From NCBI RefSeq assembly GCF_000299365.1, contig NC_018655.1, positions 1,530,001 to 1,562,000 on the forward strand: a stretch of 32,000 nt of DNA. The letters run 5' to 3'. The notes under the pieces were generated by a model that was not told the DNA's origin, did not search any database, and was given only the letters and a program-made list of their open reading frames with translations. This stretch comes from Candidatus Nitrosopumilus koreensis AR1 (lineage in GTDB: Archaea > Thermoproteota > Nitrososphaeria > Nitrososphaerales > Nitrosopumilaceae). The position numbers and the translations under genes were made by a program. Of the stretch, positions 17,583-27,002 are shown in pieces (positions within the stretch are counted from its first letter, which is position 1; each line of letters opens with the position of its first letter).

Positions 17583-18708
17583 CTACTAAATCACGCACGG
17601 TTTTTGCAATATATTCAATATTTTTGGCAGATACATTTGGATGAACAGGTAAAGAAATTACATGGTTTGATGCCCAATCAGTATTTTTTAATTTTGATTT
17701 TATTTTATAAATAGGAATTTTATGAACAGGTATTGGATAATAAACTGCAGCACCAATTCCTTTGGAATTTAGTTTCTTTAAAATTGAATTTCTATTTTTT
17801 GTTGCAATTGTGTACAATGACCAATTAAATTTTTCATTTTTTCTTTCTGTAGGGAGTTTAATTTTTGTATCAGACAATAATTCTGATAACAGTTTTGCGT
17901 TACGTCTTCTTAGTTGAATGAATTTTGGCAATTTTTTAATTTGAATCTTAGCTATTGCAGCACTAATTTCAGGAAGTCTTAGATTTAATCCAAATATTTT
18001 AGAATCATATCCTTTAACCATTCCATGATTTCTAATCATCTGTAATTTTTCATAAAGTTTTTTATTGTTAGTAACTATTACACCACCTTCACCAGAAGTC
18101 ATTACTTTTCCTGGATAGAGGCTATAGCATCCAAGTTCAAAAAATGTTCCAGTTTGTTTGCCTTTAAAAGTCGAACCAAGAGATTGTGCAGCATCCTCAA
18201 CTACGGAGATATTATGTTTTTTTGTAATTTCTCTAATTCTATCAAGTGATGATATATGCCCATACAGATGTACAGGCATTATTGCTTTAGTTTTTCTAGT
18301 AATTTTTTTTATAATGGATTCAGGATCAATTGTAAAATTTTCTTTTAAAATATCTACAAAAACAGGTTTTGCTCCAGTAGATGCAATTGCATTTGCACTA
18401 GCTACAAATGTAAAAGATGGAACAATAACTTCATCTCCTTTTTTTATATCAAGTGCATAGAGTGCAGCTTGTAGTGCAGCAGTACCAGAATTTACTGAAA
18501 CAGCATATTTGGTTTTCACAAAGGTTCTGACAAGTTTTTCAAATTCCTGTACATTCTTTCCACCATCCTTAGAGGCAGAAGTTAATCCTCCCGACTTTAC
18601 TACAGATACAACTGCTGAAAGTTCTTCCTTGTCTAAAATAGGCGTGTTGATTGGAATTTTCACAAATTTGGTCCTAATTACTACTGTATAAAGACAATCA
18701 CTACGCAT
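17575..18708 (-). CDS. DegT/DnrJ/EryC1/StrS-family PLP-dependent aminotransferase (start may be internal, near the IPINTPILDKEEL segment)
   Basis: VSVNSGTAALQAALYAL, GDEVIVPSFTFVASANAI, VEDAAQSLGSTFKGKQTG, YPGKVMTSGEGGVIVTN. Confidence 0.9.
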   Translation of the reverse strand: MRSDCLYTVVIRTKFVKIPINTPILDKEELSAVVSVVKSGGLTSASKDGGKNVQEFEKLVRTFVKTKYAVSVNSGTAALQAALYALDIKKGDEVIVPSFTFVASANAIASTGAKPVFVDILKENFTIDPESIIKKITRKTKAIMPVHLYGHISSLDRIREITKKHNISVVEDAAQSLGSTFKGKQTGTFFELGCYSLYPGKVMTSGEGGVIVTNNKKLYEKLQMIRNHGMVKGYDSKIFGLNLRLPEISAAIAKIQIKKLPKFIQLRRRNAKLLSELLSDTKIKLPTERKNEKFNWSLYTIATKNRNSILKKLNSKGIGAAVYYPIPVHKIPIYKIKSKLKNTDWASNHVISLPVHPNVSAKNIEYIAKTVRDLVDE

Positions 18709-18728
18709 GAATTTTTATATTTCAAAAT

Positions 18729-19316
18729 TTGGCAATCGGCATAATGAAATCACGTCATCTAGAAAGAACAGATAAAGGGTACAAAGTTTTTCTGTATATT
18801 TTCTATGTTTGTGGATTCATTATGGCATCATCACTAATCTTTGGAGTATACGTTACAATGATTGAGTGGATGGAGAATGGCACATATGTAATGGGAGAAG
18901 CCATACACAATACAACTATTCCATTTGAGAATTTTGCAAGAGTGTCAACCTGGATATTTTTTTCTACAATCATTGGATGGTATTGTGTATCTAGAATAGG
19001 TTGGAGAAGAACGGCAGGAAATAAAATTGTTGGAACAAGAATGGCACTACTTCAGTTAATGCTATTAGGATTTTCAATTATTACTTTGTTTGAAGTGTTG
19101 TATAACTTTTCAATATTAACGGCTCAGATTTCTGCGGGAATTGTTGATGGAGTACTTCCAGATATTGATAAATTATCAATCGGATATCCGGATCCGGATC
19201 GGCCTTGGAATACAATCTTTGCAATCAAGATGTTTTTTGCAGCATTTATCATCAGTACTCATGCATTCTATCTAAGTACAAAACCTAGAAAGCCATTAAA
19301 TGAGCCAGATGTTTAA
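18729..19316 (+). CDS. Hypothetical multi-pass membrane protein
   Basis: 195 aa with about four hydrophobic segments; family not identified. Confidence 0.65.
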   Translation: MAIGIMKSRHLERTDKGYKVFLYIFYVCGFIMASSLIFGVYVTMIEWMENGTYVMGEAIHNTTIPFENFARVSTWIFFSTIIGWYCVSRIGWRRTAGNKIVGTRMALLQLMLLGFSIITLFEVLYNFSILTAQISAGIVDGVLPDIDKLSIGYPDPDRPWNTIFAIKMFFAAFIISTHAFYLSTKPRKPLNEPDV

Positions 19317-19371
19317 ATCCCAAAGCAAATTTTTGTAAAAACTATTTTTTCTAGTATGATCAAAAAGTATC

Positions 19372-19560
19372 ATGGGATTGTTTGGTGGAAATGAAAATAA
19401 ATTAAAATGTAAAAAATGCGGAACAGTACTTTCAGATTCAGAGAGACTAAAGAAACATCAAGAAATAGCCCATAATAAGAAAAAAGAAAAATGCAGAGTT
19501 TGCGGAACAGAATTCAATACTCAAGAAGATCTAAGAAAACATAAAAAAAATTGCAAGTGA
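19372..19560 (+). CDS. Small double zinc-finger protein (C2H2 plus C2HC)
   Basis: CKKCGTVLSDSERLKKHQEIAH (CX2CX12HX4H) and CRVCGTEFNTQEDLRKHKKNC (CX2CX12HX3C). Confidence 0.8.
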   Translation: MGLFGGNENKLKCKKCGTVLSDSERLKKHQEIAHNKKKEKCRVCGTEFNTQEDLRKHKKNCK

Positions 19561-19568
19561 ATTTTTGA

Positions 19569-19778
19569 TTATTCAGAAAGGCCGGATTCATATTTTGGAG
19601 GTCGTTTAAGTGCTTTTTCTATAGATTCCAAATTTTTTATTTCATTTTTTGAATTCATAGTCAAAGTTTTGACCATTTCTGTGCCTAATTGTACAGATTG
19701 TTCAGGTAATGTCTCTAAGAATTTTTCAAGACCTTTTTTGTAATTTTCAATTAATTCCAATCCTTCTTCAAGAGTCAT
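19569..19778 (-). CDS. Small conserved hypothetical protein; likely start Met61 of the tracked ORF
   Basis: MTLEEGLELIENYKKGLEKFLETLPEQSVQLGTEMVKTLTMNSKNEIKNLESIEKALKRPPKYESGLSE; the longer ORF (to 19958) overlaps tyrS and has a low-complexity N-terminus. Confidence 0.55.
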   Translation of the reverse strand: MTLEEGLELIENYKKGLEKFLETLPEQSVQLGTEMVKTLTMNSKNEIKNLESIEKALKRPPKYESGLSE

Positions 19779-19872
19779 AATTAATGATTGAATGGTCTTG
19801 TATTCAAAGTTTCCAAATTTTAAGAATTTTTTGAATAACTTTATACGTTTACTACTCAAGAGTTGATTTGAT

Positions 19873-20919
19873 TTGGATATAACTGAAAAAGTTGATTTGA
19901 TTGAGAGATCACCAACTGAAGAAGTTGTAACACGTGATGAACTAATTGAGTTATTCAAAACAAATTCATCTCCAAAACACTACATTGGTTTAGAAATTTC
20001 TGGTTTTTTACATCTTGGAAGCTTAATTAGTACAGGATTCAAAATTAATGATTTTGTAAAAGCTGGTGTAAAATGTACAATATTTCTTGCAGATTGGCAT
20101 ACATTAATCAATGACAAATTAGGAGGAGACTGGGAAACAATTTCTAAAGTTTCAAAATATTATCAAGATGCTTTCAAATTAGTTTGTCCTGATGCTGAAA
20201 TTATTTTAGGTTCAAAACTTTATGAAGAAAAGACAGAGTATTGGTCAGAGCTTGTGAAATTTACAAAACACATGTCATTAGCTAGAACAATGAGAACTCT
20301 AACAATTATGGGACGTTCTGAAAATGAAGAGAAGATAGATGTTGCAAAATTACTTTATCCAGCAATGCAAGCAGTTGATATTCATTCTTTGGATGTAGAT
20401 ATAGCACATGCTGGAATGGATCAAAGAAAAATCCACATGCTGGTCAGAGAGATATTTCCTAAGATGAAATGGAAGGTGCCAGTAGCAGTTCATCACAAAC
20501 TATTACCAGGACTGTCAAAGCCTGCAGATACTAGTGATACACAGATTCTAGGAAAGATGAGTAAATCTGATCCAAATTCAGGAGTCTTTATTCATAACAC
20601 AGATGAAGAAATTAAGAAAAAAATGAACAAAGCTTGGTGTGAAGAAGCAAACATACAGAACAACCCGTTATTAGAAATTGCAAAGACTGTGATTTTTCAC
20701 GAATTTGATGAAATGAGTGTAGAAAGACCTGAAAAATTTGGAGGAAATGTATCATATCAAAATTATAATCAGCTTGAAACAGATTTTGCAGAAAAGAAGT
20801 TACATCCAGGGGATTTGAAGCAAACAGTTGGAAATTATTTGGTTAGAATAATATCTCCAATTAGAGACAAGTTGAATCTAACTGAAGAATTACATAATGC
20901 TATTAAGAAAAGTTACTGA
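19873..20919 (+). CDS. tyrS: Tyrosine--tRNA ligase (TTG start)
   Basis: YIGLEISGFLHLGSLI, FLADWHTLIN, YPAMQAVDIHSLDVDIAHAGMDQRKIHML, KMSKSDPNSGVF (KMSKS). Confidence 0.93.
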   Translation: MDITEKVDLIERSPTEEVVTRDELIELFKTNSSPKHYIGLEISGFLHLGSLISTGFKINDFVKAGVKCTIFLADWHTLINDKLGGDWETISKVSKYYQDAFKLVCPDAEIILGSKLYEEKTEYWSELVKFTKHMSLARTMRTLTIMGRSENEEKIDVAKLLYPAMQAVDIHSLDVDIAHAGMDQRKIHMLVREIFPKMKWKVPVAVHHKLLPGLSKPADTSDTQILGKMSKSDPNSGVFIHNTDEEIKKKMNKAWCEEANIQNNPLLEIAKTVIFHEFDEMSVERPEKFGGNVSYQNYNQLETDFAEKKLHPGDLKQTVGNYLVRIISPIRDKLNLTEELHNAIKKSY

Positions 20920-21710
20920 ACTTTGAGATCTGGATTAGTTTGTTCTTCTAGATTGTATTTTGATTTGTATCCTCTTGGATTTATCATCAAATCTTTGTAA
21001 GAGTATGTAGATGAATTTCCCACTATTACAGTACTAGTCATTCCTAATTTGTCTGAATGGTTTGGTAGATTTTCTAAGTCAGTCATAACTATTGTTTGAG
21101 ATTCTCTATATGCACTCATAATAATTGCAACAGGAGTTGTTGGCTTTCTGTATTTTAAGAGGATTTTTCTAGTGTCTTGTAACTGATGAATTCTTTTTTT
21201 ACTTGCAGGATTATAAATTACAAGAACAAAATCACCTTGAGCTGCAGATTCAACTCTATTTTCAATAACTTCCCATGGAACCAATAAATCACTCATACTT
21301 ACAACTGCAAAATCTGTCATAAGTGGTGAACCTACAATAGAAGCACAGGAATTAAGTGCAGACACTCCTGGAATTACTTCTACTTCAAGTCCATCTTTAG
21401 GATTCCAGCCACCTTCAGCTAGAGTTTCATAGATTAATCCGGCCATTCCATAAATTCCTGGATCTCCGCTTGATACAAGTGATACAATTTTCCCTGATTT
21501 TGCAAGATCAATGCATTGATGGGCTCTTTCAACTTCTTGTGTCATTGCATAACGATGAACTGTTTTTCCTCCGATAAGATCTGAAACTAAATTTACGTAT
21601 GTTTCATAACCTACAATAGTATCACTTTCACTAATTACTTCTTTTGCTCGAAAAGTCATATGATCATGGTGTCCAGGACCTACACCAACAATGTACAATT
21701 TTCCAGTCAA
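20913..21710 (-). CDS. cobJ: Precorrin-3B C17-methyltransferase
   Basis: LYIVGVGPGHHDHMTFRAKEVI, VVSSGDPGIYGMAG, VIPGVSALNSCASIVGSPLMTDFAVVSMSDLLVPWE. Confidence 0.9.
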   Translation of the reverse strand: MTGKLYIVGVGPGHHDHMTFRAKEVISESDTIVGYETYVNLVSDLIGGKTVHRYAMTQEVERAHQCIDLAKSGKIVSLVSSGDPGIYGMAGLIYETLAEGGWNPKDGLEVEVIPGVSALNSCASIVGSPLMTDFAVVSMSDLLVPWEVIENRVESAAQGDFVLVIYNPASKKRIHQLQDTRKILLKYRKPTTPVAIIMSAYRESQTIVMTDLENLPNHSDKLGMTSTVIVGNSSTYSYKDLMINPRGYKSKYNLEEQTNPDLKVQ

Positions 21711-21755
21711 TTTTAAAACAAATCATCTTTTCAAGTAATTTATCCCTTTAGTGAA

Positions 21756-23222
21756 TTATTGAAAGGGATCAACAAATGGACAATTTACTATATGATCACT
21801 ATTAGTTGGTCGTGCTATACTTACAGTGATTAGATCATCAGTTTTGAATGAATCTATATCAGATTTTGTTTCAAGAATTTTTGCATTTTCTGAATCATTC
21901 CATTCAATTAGATAGATTCTCCACATTGGGCTATAATTTTCATCGCCTAATCCAGCAGTAGCAATTCCAGCTTGAAATCCTAGTGGACCTGAACCTTTAA
22001 TCCCATTTTTGAACTGGAAAAGATCAACTGCTGCAGAGTGTTTAATTAGATTTGCAGATGTTGGAGATGATGTCACTCCCATCATTTGAGCAGGACCAAG
22101 CGGAGTAGCATCAGTAACAATATAGTAGATTGTTCTTCCATCAGGACCCCATCCTCTATGAGCAACAAATGTTACAGTCATTTCTTCTTCATTAATTTCA
22201 GTGATTTGACCTCCCCCATATGGCATATCATCAGTAATTTCTTTCTCAGAACGTACTTGCATCTGTCCATCAGGCCAAAGTATCTGTGGAGTGTTTAGAA
22301 CAATACCTGTTTCATTAAATTCAATTCGTCCACCTTCTTCAGCTGCTATTACATCACTAGCAGATTCAAAGACAGTTGCTTTTTGACCTGTTTTCCAGGT
22401 TACCTCAATTACAGAAGATAATGCACTATATTCTGATTCTTGCTGTGGAGTGCTAGAGAATACTTCATCTTGGAATCCATAAATCCCATCTCCTTTAATC
22501 CCATTTTTAAAAATGAATATTTTTTGAAGAACATCTTCTGAAACATCAGCTAGAACAGGTGCAAGTTCTACATTCCATTCTTGTTTTTCTGATAGATTTT
22601 TTGCATACTCTTCATCGCTTCCATCAGTAATAATGTACAGAACTTTTTCTCCTCCATAGATTCCTTTATGCATTGGGATGGTAGCTGGGACATTTGTTCT
22701 AGAAAGTAATGATGATGGTTCTTCTTTTTCTAATTCAATTTTTTGCATAATAATTTCAGTTGGTTGTCCCCTAATCCAGCCATCAACACTAACTGTTGAT
22801 GTGAATGGTTTAGAATTTGGAGAGTGCAATCCAAGTGCTGCTCCTGTAAATTCAAAAGATCCCGATTTTTCTTGTAAGTCAATTAAAGATAATCCATATA
22901 CAGTATCACCATCAATACTCCAGGTAGGTTGGCCTTTTGCATCATTTGAGTTAATTTCATGTAAAACAACAATCTGAACAGGCTCACTAGAGGTAAATGT
23001 CATAGAACCGTCATAGATTGTCCCTTCATTAGGTGACAGAATCAGAGACAATTGGTGGTTTTCATGTCCTTGCCCTGGATCTTGAGATGATGAAAAAGTT
23101 TGCGTGAAATGAATTTTTTTTCTAGAACCTGCATCAACAAACTGATCAGATATTGAAGAAATTGTAATAATACTTGTTGCAAAAATACCAATAATTAATA
23201 TCGCAACTAGTTTACTCAACAA
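21756..23222 (-). CDS. Large exported protein with an internally duplicated C-terminal module
   Basis: Signal-like N-terminus; repeats YIITD.../YYIVTD..., FIFKNGIKGDGIYGFQ / FQFKNGIKGSGPLGFQ. Confidence 0.7.
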   Translation of the reverse strand: MLSKLVAILIIGIFATSIITISSISDQFVDAGSRKKIHFTQTFSSSQDPGQGHENHQLSLILSPNEGTIYDGSMTFTSSEPVQIVVLHEINSNDAKGQPTWSIDGDTVYGLSLIDLQEKSGSFEFTGAALGLHSPNSKPFTSTVSVDGWIRGQPTEIIMQKIELEKEEPSSLLSRTNVPATIPMHKGIYGGEKVLYIITDGSDEEYAKNLSEKQEWNVELAPVLADVSEDVLQKIFIFKNGIKGDGIYGFQDEVFSSTPQQESEYSALSSVIEVTWKTGQKATVFESASDVIAAEEGGRIEFNETGIVLNTPQILWPDGQMQVRSEKEITDDMPYGGGQITEINEEEMTVTFVAHRGWGPDGRTIYYIVTDATPLGPAQMMGVTSSPTSANLIKHSAAVDLFQFKNGIKGSGPLGFQAGIATAGLGDENYSPMWRIYLIEWNDSENAKILETKSDIDSFKTDDLITVSIARPTNSDHIVNCPFVDPFQ

Positions 23223-23257
23223 GTTTCATTGAGATTATTCCCTTAAATGATTTTGTC

Positions 23258-24661
23258 CTAATTGATTTTATCTAATTCAAATGCATTGTGTAATGCACGA
23301 ACAGCTGCATTGGTATCAGAATTTTTAACTACAAATGCAAGATTTAGTTCAGATGAGCCCTGAGTAATCATTGATACGTTGACTTTATTTTTCTCAATTG
23401 CACCAAAAACTTTAGAGGCAACTCCTACAGTTCCACGCATTCCTGAACCAATTAATGCAATAATTGCTACATTTGTCGTCACTTCAAGTTTTTTGATGAT
23501 TTTTCCTAAAAGTTCCATCTCAAGTGAGCTTACAGCTTTGTCAAGATCAGTATTCTTTACAACTATTGTTATACTAGATTCAGAAGGATTTTGAGATATC
23601 ATCATAACATTGATTCCTGCTTTTGCTAATGTTGCAAAAATTTTTGCAGCAGTTCCGGGAGTTCCAACCATACTTCCGCCTCTAATGTCGATTAGCCCAT
23701 TATTTTGAACATTGCTAACACATTTTACGGTATTTTTTACTGCTGATGAAGGAGAAGCTGTTACTAGAGTTCCTTCATTTTTTACACTAAAGGAACTTCT
23801 AATCTTCATTGGAATTTTCTTTGACAATAGGGGCTCAAATGTGCGCGGATGTATCTGTTTTGCACCGAATAATGCCATCTCAATTGCCTCAATGTAGGAA
23901 ACTTCTTTGAGTAATTTTGCATTTTTAACTATTTTTGGATCTGCAGTCATTAGTCCGTCTACATCACTCATCAGCCAAATTTCATCTGCTTTTATGCAAG
24001 TACCAATTATGGTTGCAGAATAATCGGAACCTCCTCTTCCAAAAGTAGTTACATGTCCATGTTGATCTGCACCAACAAAACCTCCAACAACAGGTATTGT
24101 TTTCTTTAAGAAGATGTTATCCACAGTTTTTGAGACTCTTAATCTAGTTGTATCAATTAGAGGTTTAGATTCACCAAAGTTAGAGTCAGTGACAATTCCT
24201 ACTTCTTTTCCAGTCAGAGGTATTGATTTCTTACCTGAATCGTTGATCGCCATTGAAACTAGCTTTATGGACAATCTTTCTCCAAATGAGAAGAGATAAT
24301 CCATCGTTCTAGGAGTAACTTCTCCTAGTAATACCATCCCATCAATTAATGCAATAAGTTCTGTAAAGTCTTCATCAAAGTTTTTTAGCAATTTTTTTCG
24401 TAGATCTAATTTTTTGATTGTTTGTTTTGCTAGTTGTTTATGACGGTTAGTTATTTTTGATGCTAGTTGTTCAGCTTTTGATTTGTTTTCTTTTTTTATT
24501 GATTCAGATATCTCTATTAGATCATCTGTTGTTCCACTTGTTGCAGAACACACAACTACAATTTCATTTTTCTTAGATAGTGTGTTTAGATGATTAGCTA
24601 CTGCTCTAATGTCTTTGGCAGACGAGATTGATGTTCCACCATATTTTATTACTAGTCTCAA
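23258..24661 (-). CDS. lysC: Aspartate kinase with C-terminal ACT domains
   Basis: VIKYGGTSISSAKDI; TTFGRGGSDYSATIIGTCIKADEIWLMSDVDGLMTADPKIV; C-terminal ACT-like repeats. Confidence 0.92.
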   Translation of the reverse strand: MRLVIKYGGTSISSAKDIRAVANHLNTLSKKNEIVVVCSATSGTTDDLIEISESIKKENKSKAEQLASKITNRHKQLAKQTIKKLDLRKKLLKNFDEDFTELIALIDGMVLLGEVTPRTMDYLFSFGERLSIKLVSMAINDSGKKSIPLTGKEVGIVTDSNFGESKPLIDTTRLRVSKTVDNIFLKKTIPVVGGFVGADQHGHVTTFGRGGSDYSATIIGTCIKADEIWLMSDVDGLMTADPKIVKNAKLLKEVSYIEAIEMALFGAKQIHPRTFEPLLSKKIPMKIRSSFSVKNEGTLVTASPSSAVKNTVKCVSNVQNNGLIDIRGGSMVGTPGTAAKIFATLAKAGINVMMISQNPSESSITIVVKNTDLDKAVSSLEMELLGKIIKKLEVTTNVAIIALIGSGMRGTVGVASKVFGAIEKNKVNVSMITQGSSELNLAFVVKNSDTNAAVRALHNAFELDKIN

Positions 24662-24696
24662 TTCAAAATACTTGAATTAGTTAATCTTTAAATGCT

Positions 24697-25443
24697 TTAA
24701 CTTTCCACGCGTGGAGCTAAGTAAAAGTGAATTCTACCAATATTAGCTACTTTGAATTCAATTCTGAGTGGTTTTGCGCTTGAAAATTCACATGTAATAA
24801 AGCCAGCAGTGGTTCCTACTGCTTTTACTACAGGATTTAGATACTCCAAACTATAGGTTCCAACACTATCTTCTTTTGAAGAGATCTCTTCAATATCTTC
24901 ATCGTCTTTATCTAAATCAATGGTAACTTCTCCAGAGTCTCCTTTTCCTGAAAAATCTCCTTTAGAATCGGATGTATGTATTGTCAGATAATCTGACACA
25001 ACCTGAACATCACCTAGAATCTTGTCAAACTTTGATGAGGACAATATAATTTTAGAATCATAAGGAATTTTTGGCAATGGTGTATCTGTTGCAGAGCTTT
25101 CAATTAAACGCATTTTGTATTTTTTATTTTTACCTACAGTAACAAGTAACAGATTTTGTTCAGAAATGCTGATTTCTATACTATCTTTTTTGTCTGCTCT
25201 TTTGATAAGTTTTGAAAATTCATCTATTCTTACTCCAAATTTTATGTCACTGTCACACTCATATTTTTCAAATGCAGAATTAGGCCATGAGATATCTATT
25301 AGAGCAACATGAGATGGATCCATTCCTCTAAAAGAAATTCCTTCAGCTGTTGCAACAAAAGTTGCTTCTTCAACAAGTGTCGAAATTGCGGAGATAATTG
25401 CTTTTAGATCATCAGAACCACTTGTTTTTGCTCCAAAAGTCAA
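24697..25443 (-). CDS. pcn: DNA polymerase sliding clamp PCNA
   Basis: VATAEGISFRGMDPSHVALIDISWP; LEYLNPVVKAVG; PLRIEFKVANIGRIHFYLAPRVE. Confidence 0.94.
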   Translation of the reverse strand: MTFGAKTSGSDDLKAIISAISTLVEEATFVATAEGISFRGMDPSHVALIDISWPNSAFEKYECDSDIKFGVRIDEFSKLIKRADKKDSIEISISEQNLLLVTVGKNKKYKMRLIESSATDTPLPKIPYDSKIILSSSKFDKILGDVQVVSDYLTIHTSDSKGDFSGKGDSGEVTIDLDKDDEDIEEISSKEDSVGTYSLEYLNPVVKAVGTTAGFITCEFSSAKPLRIEFKVANIGRIHFYLAPRVES

Positions 25444-25477
25444 ATCAATTTTGTTGACTTTACGTTCCAGTTAAACG

Positions 25478-25792
25478 TTATGCGTAATTACGCCAAGTAT
25501 TCTTACATTTTGTACAGCGATAAAATTGTGTTGTTGGTTCATCTGCACTTCTTGTTTGAAGCATCCACCAAACTGCTTCATCATGTCCACATTTTTCACA
25601 TTCAATTTTGATGGTTGGATGAGATTCTTCTCCCTCATTTCCTTCAAAAGCCAAAATGGATTCTTCTTGTTCGTTTTCAATAATTTTTTTGGCCTGCTTT
25701 TCTTCTTGTCCTTCTGTATAACCACATTTTGAGCATTGAAGGCCAGAGGTACCTTTTTTTAATTTAACCTCACATTTGGGGCAAAATTTCAA
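25478..25792 (-). CDS. Transcription factor S (TFS; TFIIS/RPB9-like)
   Basis: FCPKCEVKLKK; CEKCGHDEAVWWMLQTRSADEPTTQFYRCTKCKNTWRNY zinc ribbon with DE acidic hairpin. Confidence 0.94.
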   Translation of the reverse strand: MKFCPKCEVKLKKGTSGLQCSKCGYTEGQEEKQAKKIIENEQEESILAFEGNEGEESHPTIKIECEKCGHDEAVWWMLQTRSADEPTTQFYRCTKCKNTWRNYA

Positions 25793-25794
25793 TT

Positions 25795-26073
25795 CTAATT
25801 TACCTTAAGTTTTGAATTAAACAATTGTTTGAACTCATCTGCCATTTTTATTGCTGAATCTGTTGCTTTCTTTATTTCACCTAGTGGTTTTGAACTAGAA
25901 TTAATTCTCATCCAACATTCATTTGTAAGTGGATGTTTTACAATAACACCTGCAAAATCAATATTTGATTCTTTTAGAAGCTCATGTTGAATTAGGTACA
26001 AAATTCCAATGTCGGTTTCAGTGATTGAAAGGTTGATTTCTTTGGCTTCTGAACTGATCACTTGTGCGTTCAT
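25795..26073 (-). CDS. rpoL: DNA-directed RNA polymerase subunit L
   Basis: ETDIGILYLIQHELLKESNIDFAGVIVKHPLTNECWMRINS; dimerisation-domain fold of Rpb11/RpoL. Confidence 0.85.
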   Translation of the reverse strand: MNAQVISSEAKEINLSITETDIGILYLIQHELLKESNIDFAGVIVKHPLTNECWMRINSSSKPLGEIKKATDSAIKMADEFKQLFNSKLKVN

Positions 26074-26124
26074 GTATTCAGAAAAAGCACTTATTGCGGA
26101 TATAAATCATTATGAGCAGTAGAA

Positions 26125-26661
26125 ATGGGCGAAAGCAGGATTTCAGACATAGAATTGGTAAAATCCAAGGATGAATACTCTTCAGACGAAAATATTGAGA
26201 TAAACGTTAGATTTTCAGTCGAAGGTGACCTAAGAGACTCATTTAATGAGGCAAATTGGACTAAAGCGTACAACAACAATGATGTTTCATTCAAAATGAA
26301 ATGTGGTGTAAAATTGACTACAGGCGGATTTAGGAAAAAAGAGTTAGGCAGAACAATTGATACCTACAGAAAGGCATCAATATTTTGGACACGTAATCCT
26401 AAACTTGTTAACCCTATGAAAGACAGAAGGATTTGGGTTCAAGTGGCTAAAAATTTTGAGCCATTTATCAGACTATCAGAAGAAGAGGTAAGGCAAGAAT
26501 TGTTTGATTTTAATGAAAAATTTGTTTTCAAGGCAGAAGATTTGGGAAAAGGTACACACAAAATTGGTGCAGAAGCATTTGCATCATGGCAAAAACACGA
26601 TTTTACAGAACCAGGAAGCGTCAAGAACAATTCAAAAGAGATTGAAATCAAAATCAATTAG
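26125..26661 (+). CDS. Conserved hypothetical protein
   Basis: 178-aa ORF divergent from rpoL; family not recognised. Confidence 0.65.
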   Translation: MGESRISDIELVKSKDEYSSDENIEINVRFSVEGDLRDSFNEANWTKAYNNNDVSFKMKCGVKLTTGGFRKKELGRTIDTYRKASIFWTRNPKLVNPMKDRRIWVQVAKNFEPFIRLSEEEVRQELFDFNEKFVFKAEDLGKGTHKIGAEAFASWQKHDFTEPGSVKNNSKEIEIKIN

Positions 26662-26691
26662 GGATATAAGGAACTTTTTGATGAAATCAAT

Positions 26692-26844
26692 ATGGCAAAA
26701 TATGATGGTCTATTAGGTCAGCCAATTCTTGAAGTTGAAGATCCTGACAAGGAAGGTGGAATTACCTTTATCTTTAAAGATAACAGATTTTTATTCATCA
26801 AGGCAAATGATGGAAAAATTGAAACGGTATCAATCCCAGAATAG
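26692..26844 (+). CDS. 50-aa microprotein, paralog of next ORF
   Basis: Manual translation MAKYDGLLGQPILEVEDPDKEGGITFIFKDNRFLFIKANDGKIETVSIPE*. Confidence 0.65.
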   Translation: MAKYDGLLGQPILEVEDPDKEGGITFIFKDNRFLFIKANDGKIETVSIPE

Positions 26845-26854
26845 GTGAATATGA

Positions 26855-27001
26855 ATGGAAAAATATGATGCAATCAAAATGTTAGAACTTGTCAAGGTAG
26901 AAGATCCAGATTCAGATGGCGGTCTCACTATGATTTTTCAAGAAAATAAAACTTTGAAAATCAAAATTGTCGATGGAAAATTAGTTTCAGAATTTGTTTA
27001 A
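26855..27001 (+). CDS. 48-aa microprotein, paralog of preceding ORF
   Basis: Manual translation MEKYDAIKMLELVKVEDPDSDGGLTMIFQENKTLKIKIVDGKLVSEFV*; ungapped alignment to previous ORF. Confidence 0.65.
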   Translation: MEKYDAIKMLELVKVEDPDSDGGLTMIFQENKTLKIKIVDGKLVSEFV

Positions 27002-27002
27002 A

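Noticed and set aside
19184-19206. Short repeat ggatatccggatccggatcgg
   Set aside because: In-frame codons for GYPDPDRP within the 18729-19316 CDS; explained by coding sequence.
19779-19958. N-terminal 60 residues of the minus-strand ORF 19569-19958
   Set aside because: Overlaps the tyrS start on the other strand and is Ser/Lys-rich non-family-like sequence; Met61 is a better start.
22086-22977. Plus-strand ORFs opposite the large exported protein
   Set aside because: No domain features; antisense to a long continuous CDS with internal repeat structure.
23379-25732. Plus-strand ORFs opposite aspartate kinase, PCNA and TFS
   Set aside because: Antisense shadows of confidently identified genes.
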